64,000 nt of DNA from the NCBI GenBank assembly GCA_016748015.1, contig JAAOMT010000518.1, forward strand, positions 186,001 to 250,000, in the 5' to 3' direction. The notes below the pieces were generated by a model, which searched no databases, was not told where the DNA came from, and saw only the letters and a program-made list of their open reading frames with translations. Position numbers and translations under genes: made by a program. Of the stretch, positions 24,954 to 37,200 are shown piece after piece; position 1 is the first letter of the stretch, and each line of letters begins with the position of its first letter. This stretch comes from Geosiphon pyriformis uo1. Taxonomy: Eukaryota; Fungi; Glomeromycota.

Positions 24954-27590
24954 ATGAATAACCACTCAAAACGCAAAATAATAAAGTCTCGTGTTTCAAC
25001 TACACGCATTAAAGGGTCACGTTTCAATCCAAGCGACCTCTCGAACTCTCTAAACCCGTTAACCGGCCAAGAAGGACAATATGCTCAATTGCAATCCATT
25101 CGTTCATCTGGTTTATCAGTAAACAGTGAAAAAAGAACTAGCAATCAGCCTCAAGACTCTCGCCTTCCTCGTTTCTCACGAGGCGAAACCAGAGGTGAAA
25201 AACGCCGCAATAACAGTCCCGTAGAACATAGGCAAGCCCAACGACCGAAACAAGAAGGAAGCAAACAAGAAACACTACCGATATCCCACCCTGAGTTGAT
25301 GGTCACTGAGCCTGGTCCCGATGTTTTATATGGTTCCTCTAAAGCAGTAACCGTTGAAAACAACACTGGCTTAGTTTCAAAGAACAAGACTAAGGTTAAG
25401 TCTACTAAAACCAACCAGTCTCTAGCTAAAAGCACAAACTTAGTCTCATCCTCTACCTCGCTGACAATTGAAAATGAGTTTGAGTTTCCTAGGTCAACCA
25501 ATACAACTACGTCTTTAGCAAAAAATGCAGCTGTTTATCCACGACTGGTGACCAAAAATATTCCAAATGAATCAGCTGCCAAGTCAAATACTAATTTTAA
25601 ATCCAATTCTCACAAGCCAATTTCAAAGTCATCATCAGCCTATGTACCACCATCGATATCTAAAGCGGCAAGTTTTAAAAGCAAAACCATTACGAATTCC
25701 AAGGCAGGAACTAACTTGAACAATCCTTTGGCTTCTAACAAGGATATTCCTGGTTCAAAAAGGTTGAACGAATTAGCATTAAACATCTTACCCAATCCCA
25801 ACAGTCAGACTGGAAGCGTGAAAGGATCAAACAATTTCAACAGGAATCAAACTCTTTCAACATCTGTACTCGATTCCCATTCAAACACGACCTGCTTTAC
25901 TTCCGGTCCTAATATTGATCAACTTAACGTACAACTCGCCGACCTGCGAAAAAAATTAGAGGTAGAAATTGTAAAAAATACAGAGACAAACGATGAACTC
26001 GTTGCCATCCAGCTCGAGAAACTTGAGGCAGATGAGCAAATCAAAACCTTACACGATACAGTGAAAAAAGGGGACGACAGGATATCTTTCCTCGAACAAA
26101 TCCTCAATGAGGATGAAAAAAAAATCACCCAACTGGAGCAGGCTTTGAAAAATTGTGATCAACAAATCATTCAATTAGAACAAAAATTGAAAAATTACGA
26201 TCAGCAGGTCATCGAATTGGAGCAAAATTTGAAAAATCGGGAGATTCTAATAGCTCAAGTGCAGAAAGAACTTACGGGTCGCGAGGAGACGATTAATGCT
26301 TTAGCTCAACAATTGAATGATCGTGATCAGAATATAAATCTATTGACCCAAGTAGTGAATAAGCGTGATCAGACGATCGATGGTCTATCGTCCGAGTTAC
26401 AAGATAAAAATACGATGATTGGCCAATACACTGCAAAACTACGAGAGCAAGAAGAATTACGCCGTAAACTTCACAACGAGATCCAGGATATTCGTGGCAA
26501 TATCCGAGTATTTTGTCGGGTTCGTCCTTGCCTTGATGCTGAGTCAGCAGAGTGTGCTGACCTGAAGTTTCCTCCAGATGATGATAAAAAATTAGTTTTA
26601 ACGAGGCACAGAAACAATTATTTGGGAATCGACATTCCAATTCGTAAAACCTTCATCTTCGAAAAAGTTTTCCCGCCACAATTCACTCAAGAACAGATTT
26701 ATTCCGAACTCCAATACATTGTACAATCTGCTGTAGATGGTTACAACGTATGTATATTTGCTTATGGACAAACAGGCAGCGGTAAAACGTACACTATGGA
26801 AGGAATAGCAAATGGACCCCCTGAAACTGAAGGCGTAATTCCTAGAGCTATTCGGCAAATTTTCCAAATCACGCAAGAGTTGAAATATCAAAATTGGGAA
26901 TATGAGCTCATCGGTCAATCATTGGAAATTTACAAAGAAGAAATTCGAGATCTGCTTGTTAATGCGAATGGAATTGGCATTCCTACCCTTCCAACTGACG
27001 AAAATATCTCTGGAAAAGATCTCGAAATTGAGTTCGATGATATCGCTAGAACAACAAGAATTCCAGGCCTTGTGAGTGTGGCAATTGATTCATTAAAAAG
27101 GGCAAACCAAATCATAAAAATTGCTTCTGCAAATCGAGCCGTGTCTGCAACAGCTTGCAATGAACGGTCATCAAGAAGTCATAGCATCTTCATGGTGACA
27201 ATAAAGGGTTTTAATAAGGATACCGGAGAAGTGAGGACCGCCCTACTAAATCTCGTCGATCTCGCTGGTTGTGAACGGATATCAAAATCCGGATCGAAAG
27301 GATTGCAACTTGACGAGGCGAAGATGATAAATAAGAGTCTCTCCGCATTACGGACGGTAATCGAGGGAATGGCGAAGAAAGACTCTCATATCAAGTTCCG
27401 TGATTCAAAGCTCACTCGGCTGCTCCAACATTCTTTAGATGGCCAATCAAAAACGCTAATGATTTTGAGTGTGTCGCCCATGAAATCCGATTCAGATGAG
27501 AGTCATTCGGCTTTGGAGTTTGCCGAAATCGCGTCTTCGGCTCACATCGGGCAAGCCCGAAGGAATACGCGGGCGAGCTCCAAAGCCTGA
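24954..27590 (+). CDS. Kinesin-14 (Kar3/KlpA-like, C-terminal motor), single exon, about 878 aa
   Basis: Low-complexity tail, heptad coiled coil, GNIRVFCRVRP, FAYGQTGSGKTYTM, NERSSRSH, LVDLAGCER, INKSLSAL, FRDSKLTRLLQ. First true ATG (ACCATG) at 24954. Confidence 0.95.
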   Translation: MNNHSKRKIIKSRVSTTRIKGSRFNPSDLSNSLNPLTGQEGQYAQLQSIRSSGLSVNSEKRTSNQPQDSRLPRFSRGETRGEKRRNNSPVEHRQAQRPKQEGSKQETLPISHPELMVTEPGPDVLYGSSKAVTVENNTGLVSKNKTKVKSTKTNQSLAKSTNLVSSSTSLTIENEFEFPRSTNTTTSLAKNAAVYPRLVTKNIPNESAAKSNTNFKSNSHKPISKSSSAYVPPSISKAASFKSKTITNSKAGTNLNNPLASNKDIPGSKRLNELALNILPNPNSQTGSVKGSNNFNRNQTLSTSVLDSHSNTTCFTSGPNIDQLNVQLADLRKKLEVEIVKNTETNDELVAIQLEKLEADEQIKTLHDTVKKGDDRISFLEQILNEDEKKITQLEQALKNCDQQIIQLEQKLKNYDQQVIELEQNLKNREILIAQVQKELTGREETINALAQQLNDRDQNINLLTQVVNKRDQTIDGLSSELQDKNTMIGQYTAKLREQEELRRKLHNEIQDIRGNIRVFCRVRPCLDAESAECADLKFPPDDDKKLVLTRHRNNYLGIDIPIRKTFIFEKVFPPQFTQEQIYSELQYIVQSAVDGYNVCIFAYGQTGSGKTYTMEGIANGPPETEGVIPRAIRQIFQITQELKYQNWEYELIGQSLEIYKEEIRDLLVNANGIGIPTLPTDENISGKDLEIEFDDIARTTRIPGLVSVAIDSLKRANQIIKIASANRAVSATACNERSSRSHSIFMVTIKGFNKDTGEVRTALLNLVDLAGCERISKSGSKGLQLDEAKMINKSLSALRTVIEGMAKKDSHIKFRDSKLTRLLQHSLDGQSKTLMILSVSPMKSDSDESHSALEFAEIASSAHIGQARRNTRASSKA

Positions 27591-27919
27591 AGTGATAAAA
27601 TGGCTCGATTATTAAGAAATTTAAAGAGTTTTGGAATGTGTAGAGGTGTTAAGGCAAACGTAAAATTTTATATTTTTTAAAATATCATAAAAACCCGATA
27701 AATTTTCCCAAAATGGTAATTGAAATTGTCATGCAGCAATTTATGAGCATTACAGTCACAAATTGAAAAAATTCTTATGGTATACGGCCCTTTAAATCGG
27801 TATAAAACTGTATCACCAGCTTCCGGATAATATTCTGGGAGATTTACTTTTATTTTAATTGTTTATTCAATCTTCAAAACTCCATTACTAAAGGTTGCTT
27901 TAAATAACAACTATACGAA

Positions 27920-28545
27920 ATGGTATGGTCCAGTATAGCTGGCTGGGGTGCCTTTGGGTTTGGAGTTCGTGTGTTTGCCCTATGTCTTGAAGGCAGGCCG
28001 CCATTTGGTAGTAAGTTATCGCAAGTTTGTTTTATTAGCTATATCTGATTATGTAATTTTGAATGTGGAAAGTGGTTTCGGGTTATTAAGAAGGAATTGG
28101 AATTTGGACCATGTTTTAAAAATGTGGACATAAAAGGGCGTGAAGATTAGTGGGATATAAAGGGTATTTGAAGTTGACTATTAGGCATTATCAAAACGAA
28201 TGACATAAACGGTATGGCCACATTACGCAAGACCTGAATTGTATAGCACACTCATAAAGCAATACACCTGATCCACATCGAGGCATCCATAATCCCTTTC
28301 GCTTACTCTCTCAAACATTTTTTGTCGTAGATATGAAAACACACATGGGACACGTGATCGTATTCGGTGCAATAGGATATTATTTACACGGAGTTGAAGA
28401 AAGACAGATGGCCGTGATTAAACGTCGAAGGGAAGAACTGATGCAACGTCGTGAGCGTCGAAAAGAAATTGAAGTGCGACGAGCTGCTTATATCAAAGAA
28501 CATGGAATCCAGGAATGGGGTCCCCAAAGTGGTTGGGGTACATAG
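27920..28545 (+). CDS. Mitochondrial complex I 14 kDa accessory subunit (NDUFC2/B14.5b-like), 2 exons (27920-28010, 28331-28545)
   Basis: MVWSSIAGWGAFGFGVRVFALCLEGRPPFG|NMKTHMGHVIVFGAIGYYLHGVEERQ...RRERR matches the fungal pattern W.GFG..VR...L.IE.RP.F ... GY...GVE.RQ. In-phase GT-AG intron. Confidence 0.75.
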
Positions 28546-28997
28546 TTATCTAATGGGCTAAAAAATGTAATTTCACTCGTTTCAAGGACATTATAATTGG
28601 AGAAATTTTCAGGAAGGGATTTCAAAAACGCTTTAATATAAACGAGTGCTTAGACCTTGTAATTTGTGATCGCAACGGAATCAGGCTTACGAATTACAAT
28701 TGCAAGCAAGCATGGCAAGCGATATTCAACTGTAATTGATCACAATAAATTTCTAATTTATTTTATTTTTTCATTTGCCTGATTTAAAACTCAACTAAAC
28801 ATAAAATCTAGAAAAAGGGTATTTCTTGAGTCCTGATGTAAAAGGCCTTTTAGTGAGGATCCTACTGCAAGATACCCCATGAGCTCTTTCATCCAATAAT
28901 TATACTATAGGACGTTTGAATTTGGACCAAGGAAAATTTTCCTCGTTGCTTTGCATTTTTTCATTTCGATCCTCGTCCTTTGAAATCCATTCTTCTG

Positions 28998-29597
28998 TTA
29001 TTCTGCCATCCTTTCTTCTCGACGTTTTCTTATAGCCAGAACAGTTCCCTATCATAACATGGAATTAGTGCATTAATACAAATATGTATATTTTAAAAAC
29101 ACAGATCCCCGATCGTTTGAATATTTTCGTACCTTCTTAGCGAACCGTTGATTACGAAGGAATTTAGGATCAACCTATAAGAAAATCAATTTATTAAAAT
29201 TTCCCCAAGAATAAAATTTCAAATATTCTTAATCCCCAAATATATTTTGATTATAAAAAAACTAAAAAATAACTTACACCCTTGAGTGAAGGGTACCGGT
29301 AGGTCTTTGGCTTCTTGATACCGTTTCGATGAGCCTTACGATCTATTTAAACATAAAAAAAAAGGATAGGGAAAGCTCAATTATCAGGTAAAAGGAGGCC
29401 CGAGACTTAACCCGAAGAGTTGGGCGTGAACAGTTGATAAGGCTAAAGTCAAAAACCCCCCCTCTGAAACCAAACGTCAATTTATACATACTTTGGTTAT
29501 GGTTGGTATGGTTTTTGCTTTTTGCTGAGTGAAAGCAAAGTTGAAGTTACCACTATAATACAACTTCCAAAGAAACTAAGAGAAAAAATATACCCAT
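28998..29597 (-). CDS. RPL29: 60S ribosomal protein eL29, 5 exons with 4-nt first coding exon
   Basis: ATGG|CAAAAAGC.. splices to [51 protein letters not shown]...*. Confidence 0.96.
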
Positions 29598-30351
29598 TGT
29601 GTCTTATGCTGGTGGAAACTTTTCTAAACGTTTTTGCGATCAAAATTTCACATTTTTATATTTGCCACACTATCAAGCTTCAGAGATTCACTGATCTGAA
29701 TTTCTTATTTTTGACCTGCTAACATAATAAAATACCGCAATTTATCACAATTAAATAACTAAAATTGAAAACAATTAATTCATATTTAAATATTTCAAAA
29801 ATACGAAATTTAAAATATTTTTTTATTTCAGTTTATGTAAATATAATTATAGCAAATTGCAAAATATTTACATTGTAAAATGGTTTTTTGATAATAAATA
29901 TTTGATATTATTCCTTATTAATTTAAAAAATTAAGATAACAAGTAATTTTTATTAATTTTTAACAAAGATATAATAAAATTAAGATAAAAATTTAATTGG
30001 TATTAAAATATTCTTTGCATATTTTTAGAATTAATAAAGTTATGTGACATATATTAATAAAATAATATTTTACAAATAAATTATATATCTGTTTTATTTT
30101 TCATTTGTTACTTTTATAATTTTTTTATTTATTAAATATTAAAAATATTTGAATTGAAATGTAATATTTTATAAATTATATTTTGGTTATTAATTTGTAT
30201 AAATATAAGAAAAATTTTCAATTTGTTAATAAATAAAAAATTTTTAAAAATAAAAATCAAATTATTTAATTTTCAAACGGACGAATCATGGGTGGTTGGC
30301 CGATAATCAAATAACAAAGAAATGCTGTTTGCTCGATAGTTTAAGGAAACT

Positions 30352-32699
30352 ATGAAATCTTTCATTGCTATAGCTGAAGAATCCCATTTTCCTCTGGAAA
30401 ATTTGCCTTATGGCATATTTTCGACTGTTGATTCTGTAAGTTGTGGGTAAATTATCTTGGGGAATGTTTTACCTGTATCCACAAAAATTTATAGTAGGAC
30501 ATATATAGCCGGCGGTTGTCACCGAGTCTAGTTTCCACCACTCTTGCATGGGCCTAATAAGTTTGTACTAAAACTAGCGGCTACACACCTTCTATAGCAG
30601 TGATGAATTCACATCCTTAATGATCAAGTGAAAATTATCTCGATCGCCAAATCTAATTTTTATTATTATCCATCAAAAGCCAAATCCACGGGTAGGGGTT
30701 GCTATTGGAGATCAAGTCCTAGATCTAGCGGCTATCAATGACCTTTTTGAATCCAACCTTCCGCAGCTACCTAACCCACGTTCAGTTTTCACACAGGTCT
30801 TATCAAAAAATCTTTTAACCAATATAATATCAATTATATCAAATTAAATCCTTAAATTCTTCATACAAAATAAAAGTCCTCATTGAATCAATTTATGTCA
30901 CTCGGAAAACAAATCTGGCAAGCAACACGTAAATTCTTACAAAGAATTCTCGCGGCAGATAATTCCGAATTACGTGACAATCATCAATTACGACAACGAG
31001 CATTTGTGCCACAATCTATGGCCACAATGTATTTACCGGCTTCCATTGGAGATTATACGGACTTTTATGCGTCAAAGGAACATGCGACTAATGTGGGGTG
31101 TATGTTTCGGGGAAAGGATAATGCGTTAATGCCAAATTGGTGAGCTATTTTGTTGAATTTTTCTGATGAATTCATTTTTTATGATTAAAGAGCGCGTGTT
31201 GCTTTTTGTTGCACAGGGTACATTTGCCGGTTGGATATCACGGTCGATCTTCCTCAATCGTTGTATCAGGGACAAATTTAAAAAGACCTAATGGTCAACG
31301 GTTGGTGGCTAAGGATCAACCACCCGTCTTTGGGCCATCATTGAAGCTTGATTATGAATTGGAAATGGTGGGGAATTTAGATTTTTATGGCAAAAAAATG
31401 ATGATTTTAGAATGGGAATAGTTTTTAACCAGTTTTAAGATCACACAAAAATCAGGCATTTTTTGTGGGCACAGGTAATCATCTTGGTGACTCGATTCCT
31501 ATTGAAAAAGCCAAGGATCATATTTTTGGTTTGGTTCTCATGAATGATTGGAGTGGTGAGTAATTCAGTTTTAGACAAATATTTTGAAATCAAATTCAGA
31601 CTTTACTGATTAGTATCTCGGCAATTTGCTTTTTTTAGCTCGAGATATTCAGTGTAAGTTTGAAAGGATCAATTGCTTTATACGTGTAAACTTCAATTAA
31701 ATAATGTTCCAACTTTTTTTAAGCCTGGGAATATGTCCCTTTAGGTCAGTAATTTCTTTACTATTGGTTAGCAATTTCGAAGGTTGATTTTTTATTCATT
31801 ATGGATGTCCGATCAAATCGAATACCGAAAAGGTCCATTCCTTGGCAAAAGTTTTGGGACCACAATTTCGCCATGGGTTGTTACTCTAGATGCGTTAGAA
31901 CCATTTATCGTTCACGGTCCTCATCAGGTATTTTAGTCTCCATTGATTTATTATATATTTGATTTCGATATATTCCGCATCTAAACATTAATATTTTTCC
32001 CTTTTTGATTTATCGTCCATTGCAAATGATTCTCTTGCTTATAATCATTTCGTGTGTATATTACTAAGGATCCCAAGCCATTACCATACCTTCGCGAAGA
32101 AGGCCCTACCGCATATAATATTCATCTGGAGGCAAAGATGAAAGGTAAGAGCCTGAAGCAATTTAAACATTCATATGAATTATATAAGATACATTGACAG
32201 AAATTTTCAAATTGAAATTACCTTTTTTTCCTATAAGCCTCAAATAGTTCAGTCTACAAAACGTTAACACGGTCGAATCTTAAATACATGTACTGGTCAA
32301 TTACTCAGCAATTAGCGCATCACACGGTGAACGGATGTAATAGTCGTTCTGGGGATTTATGTGGTACTGGAACAATAAGTGGCGAGGTATCGAAATTCAA
32401 TTTTATTTATATATATTTGTATTTTTTATGCAATATCATTATATGCTAACTTGAAATATAAATTCCCTCAAAATTTGGATGCATGTTACCCCTGATAGAC
32501 CAAGGATGCGTACGGCTCGCTACTCGAACTCACATGGAATGGTGCAAACGAGATTCAACTCGATGAGGGGATCACTCGGAAATTCATTGAAGATGGGGAT
32601 GAGGTGTTGTTGACTGGATATTGTCAGGGTGATGGTTACCGTGTCGGGTTTGGTGAGTGTCTAGGTACGATTTTACCGAGTATTCCCAGGGCTATCTAG
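30352..32699 (+). CDS. FAH: Fumarylacetoacetase (multi-exon, includes micro-exons)
   Basis: [111 protein letters not shown]. Confidence 0.96.
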
Positions 32700-33164
32700 T
32701 AAAACTATTACTCTGGCCGCCGATTGATTTTGGAAGGATGGCTATATTGAATTGAAAACTTTTTTATTTTTTTAATCATCATTGTGTTAATTTAGTTAGA
32801 AATATTTACTTGTAATTTGTTTAGAATACGATTTTCAAGAAAAATTTGTCTTGCTGATCCAAAATTGAGTCCTAGTTTTTTTTAACACTAATTACTCGTT
32901 ATGAATGAACCCAAGCGAGAATTATTGGGATCTAGCAACTGGTATACACGGCTTCATGAGTGAGCAATGAATAGATAATTTTGGAAACCATGTATATCAC
33001 AAATTATTATTTATTCCTTCCATCTGACATAATCAGTTGAAACTCAATGTTACTAGATTTTGATTTGGTGACAAATCTCGTGACCATGAAGATACCGTCC
33101 ATATTAATAAGATCTAACCCGAAAAATTTCCCACGATATTCACTTTTTACCTTTTCCTCACAGA

Positions 33165-35447
33165 ATGCCCTCTCTTCAGTTGAATCCTCCAAGTGAACTA
33201 GGCTGCCCCATACCTGCTAATACGCCGCATGCCATTTCCGTTACATTACCCACTTGGAAAGATAATGTTGATTATGAGGAAGGTTGTGAGCGTGTGCTAA
33301 GTCGCATGTCAAGTGGTTATCCGAGATTTTTTATCCACAACTATATCAAAAAGGTTCGAAAAGGGCTTTATGTTTTTGTTTTTGGGCTCGTCATTTTAGG
33401 GATGAATGTCGAATTTCAAGAAAAAAACTTCTAATAATCAAATCAATATATTGATCGATGCTAATTGATGATTGTTTTTTCCTTTTTCCTTAGCTAATGG
33501 CACATTGTGAACAAAAGTTCGCAAAAGTCACTGAAACCTGTCTCCTATTTCCGTCTCGAAAAGTGGCCCAAAGATGCCGTGATTATCTGAAACAATATTA
33601 TACATCGAATCAAATGTCATCATCTTTTGGAAATTCAGTTAATGTGTCACGTCTTGCAGAATTTACGGTACTTGCACCTACTGTTGAGCATAGAGACAGA
33701 TCATTGCCCGGGGCTGTTACACTTTACGTTGTAATGTTTCCTAAGGACGCTTTTCCTATTGCTCAATCGTTTTGGCAACATACTGGTGAGGGAATATCAT
33801 CTCGTCTGGCAGAATATGTGCTTCGTTTGCTCGAAACTAAAAAGCACGAAGAACAAATTCATAAAGAATTGATTAATCAAAGATCTCCATTTCGGAAACA
33901 TTATTCTAATTCTCGAATTCCAACTGCTGTCACGCTTCAGAATTGTTCAGATTCATCCAGCAATTCTATAACCGCTCTTAACTCCCGCTGTGATGAGAAT
34001 GGAGACCTTATAGAAAATGCAAATTTTGAGGAGAATTCATATGTTGAGGAGCGATATGGTCGTAATCTTTCAATTGGGTTTGCTGATAAAGCAAAGATTG
34101 TATTGAAACGTCGAATTGCTGGTGTATTAGGCGTGGAGGATGTTGTAGAAGACTTAGAGGATATCGCATTAAAGAACATTGAAAACCAATCTGAACGTGA
34201 TGTTTTTGGAGTTTCAGAGGATGATGTATATCTTTATCCATGTGGGATGAGTTCGATCTTTCATGCTCATCGATGCTTACTTGCCTCTTTTACAGCTAAC
34301 AAGAGTGTTTGTTTTGGGTAAGTGAATTTATTTCATTTCATCAAATTACTCATTTTCCTTTTTGATCTATCACATTATTTTGTCCTTTTACGATTTTCAA
34401 ATTCAGATTATATTTCATTTGATAGTTTTCCTTATGTTGATACTTTGAAAATTTTGCAAAAATTTGGACCTGGCTGCCACTTCTTTGGCCATGGTTCTAG
34501 CACGGACATTGACGCACTTGAAGATTTGCTCCATTCAGGCGAAAAAATACTGGGTCTATTTTGTGAATTTCCTTCAAATCCTTTATGTAAATCTCCCGAT
34601 TTAAAACGTTTACGGACTTTGGCAGATCGATATGATTTTTTAATTGTGGTGGATGAGACTATTGGCAATTTTGTTAATGTTAAAGTTTTAGAATGGGCAG
34701 ATATGATTGTTACTAGCCTTACAAAAATTTTTAGTGGAGATTCTAATGTTATGGGAGGAGGGTAGGTATCATTCAAGGTTTTATTAAAATTTTCACATCC
34801 ATCAAGTTGGATCATCATTTTTCATAAACACCATCCTATTTTAAGATTAATATTAAATCCTCAACGACGGCATTACAAGAAACTAAAGGAGACCTTGAAA
34901 CTGGAATACGAAGATCTTTTTTGGGCTGAAGATGTGATATTTTTGGAGCGAAATTCTCGTACATTTCGAGAGCGTATCGCGAAAATAAATGCGAATGCCG
35001 AAAGTTTATGTGACTTTTTGTGTAAGAGTCCCAAAGGTTAGTCAAAACGGTTAAAAAATTTGAAGAAATCGCATTGTGAAATAATAAGCATATTGACTTA
35101 TTTCTATTTCAGTTAAGAAAATCTATTATCCAAAACTCATAACTTCAGAAATTTATTCACAATATATGAGGACGAAAGGCAGCTATGGGGGCTTATTTTC
35201 TGTTACTTTTCATAATGATCTCGCCTCTCAACAATTCTTTGATGCTCTTCCAATTGCAAAGGGACCATCACTTGGCACCAATTTCACCTTAGCATGCCCA
35301 TACACGATCTTAGCCCATTATATGGAACTAGATTGGGCTGCTAAATTCGGTATTGAAAAAGGACTTATTCGAGTGAGTGTGGGATTAGAAGACAAAGAGA
35401 AACTGCTTGCAACATTTCAAACTGGCTTAGATGCTATCAAAATTTAA
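33165..35447 (+). CDS. Cystathionine gamma-synthase (Str2/Met-7 type), multi-exon
   Basis: [63 protein letters not shown] (PLP lysine), [23 protein letters not shown]. Confidence 0.93.
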
Positions 35448-35770
35448 AAAGGATAATGAAGTATCCGAATCGAGAACATTCTGGAAAATTATTATTATAA
35501 CAAATTGTAATAGCTTGGTTTTGCCGTGATTCCGGACGATTAAACCTTTATTATTCCAAATAATATTGAATCGAAGATTTTTAAAACACGATTCGATCGA
35601 TTGTTCTATAACATAAAATGGGAAAATTTCGCTTGTGCAATGGCAACTGTCACGTGATATTTTTCATTATTGTGCGAGCTTTTGTAATTGTACTTAAATG
35701 GAGTACGATATGAAGTTATGAAATGCTCATCATAATAATTACAACCTACAACAGGGAAACAAATTAGCTG

Positions 35771-35863
35771 CGGATCAGGTTTAAAACCACCATCAGCGGA
35801 TGGATTATAATACATCAATAACACGCAATACTAACCATTGCTATGTAACGCCTATCATTTCCT
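35771..35863 (-). ncRNA. Candidate omega-RNA scaffold / element right end
   Basis: After re-inversion it directly follows the RuvC coding end (stop TGA at 35815). Three short hairpins: GCAAT/ATTGC (35825-35841), CCATC/GATGG (35790-35803), GGTTT/AAACC (35778-35788). Location expected for TnpB/Fanzor guide scaffolds. Confidence 0.45.
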
Positions 35864-36459
35864 GCATCACTGGGACCAAGGTTCCTCCGGGAAACCCAAA
35901 CGGATGGCTCTGTTCATGCAGTCTCCAGTGATCCCGGCGTCCGTACACCTTTTAAATACTTTCCCATGAAAGGTGTAGGCAAGATTGGCATTCTATTAGA
36001 CTTATGGCTCGCGCTTGCAAGTGCTTGGACGATCTCACCTCCGAAAAGGAGAACTTAAGAATAAAATGGCCAGATGATTTTTCGGATGCGGGGAAAAGCT
36101 ATACAATTCTAAAGTAAAAATTCACCAGGAATCGATTAGATTCTTTACCCGCGAATTCATTCCTCCTTTTGAAGTGTCGGACATGGTGAATCGCAAGACA
36201 AGAAAAATTACCCGAAAAACTGTCCGGAAAATGCTTTGTTCGGCCATTATTCCTGTCGATAACTTCTGATCAGCAAGGCCGAGAAATTAGGTCGTGTTAT
36301 TATTCGGAACGAAGCTTCAACATCCAAAACTTGTAGTCAATGTAGCAAAATCTAAAGAATCGAAGGGTTTGAAGCGTAAAACGGCCGGAACTGTGGGATT
36401 GTGATAAATAGAGATGAAAATGGCGTTCGAGAGATCTTCCTCCGGGCATTACTTGATGC
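35864..36459 (+). pseudogene. Fanzor2/TnpB RuvC-zinc-finger half, inverted relative to the rest of the gene
   Basis: VSSDPGVRTPF (RuvC-I D at 35930), IPPFEVSDMVNRKTRKITRKTVRKML, RNEASTSKTCSQC (shifted RuvC-II E at 36311, typical of Fanzor2), GRNCGIVINRDENGVREIFLRALLD (RuvC-III D at 36413). Confidence 0.9.
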
Positions 36460-37200
36460 TGTTTTTGTGTCTGGTATACCCAGATAAATTTCCACTCATT
36501 AGTTTTGCGATAGTAGGTGAGCTTGCCATCCAACATTATCTCGGGAGGAACGGGGCACCCATTATTATGCCTCTTTTTTTTGAAATTAAGGGGTAATAAA
36601 GCACGCATGTCATTATCCAAAATAGTGGTAGGCTTATAACGATGTGTAGTAAGCATCGACGGATTACAAAGATGAATGATATAGAAACATTCAATGTGGA
36701 TTTTGGAAACTTCTAGCACAAGTTGTCATTGTTTGTCACAAATTTTTCTAGATTGAGTGTGCTAATAGACCTTGCCGATTCGGATTACGCCTAATTACTT
36801 CTTCCCTAGCAAGGAATGTTTGATCGATTGCCTGATCGATAATATTCGCAGGCGCCTCCGAAGCAACAGTCTGAGAACACAGAACAGTTCGTATGAAATT
36901 GCGCTCGCCCCATATTAGCTATTTGGAGTTTCTTGTCTTCGTGCTCATTACCTCTTTTCCTGCCCGAACATTTGTGTAAAGCTCAAGTTTATCTTTGATG
37001 GGTTGAGGCTTTACCCAACCCTGTTTTGATTGATCGATATGGAAATTTTTGTACAAAAGCGCGATGTTGACAACAGTATTGGTAATGTTGTCAAGCCCAA
37101 CCACCGCTTCAAGGGCTGCTTTGAGGATGGTTCGGATACACCTTGATTGACAGTGTACAGTTGAGAGTATCTTCCATCTTCTGACATTCGCGACGAGCTA
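36460..37200 (-). pseudogene. Fanzor2/TnpB N-terminal half (HTH/REC/WED region)
   Basis: IKVYPNHPQ..LKRWLGL..HYNTVVN (HTH_OrfB-like KIRIYP..Q..L..W.G..R..YN), EAPANIIDQAID, PPEIMLDGKLTYYRKTNEWKFIWVY; disrupted by stops and frameshifts. Confidence 0.7.

Noticed and set aside
28011-28330. C/D snoRNA in the NDUFC2-like intron
   Set aside because: CTGA boxes are present but there is no canonical C box correctly placed next to a terminal stem.
28664-28745. Hairpin between convergent NDUFC2-like and RPL29 genes, considered as SECIS or ncRNA
   Set aside because: No SECIS core motif or recognisable family features; AT-rich stems may be chance.
30528-30577. Degenerate hammerhead ribozyme (CTAATAAG...AAAAC)
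   Set aside because: Core would need three substitutions and stems I and II do not form convincingly.
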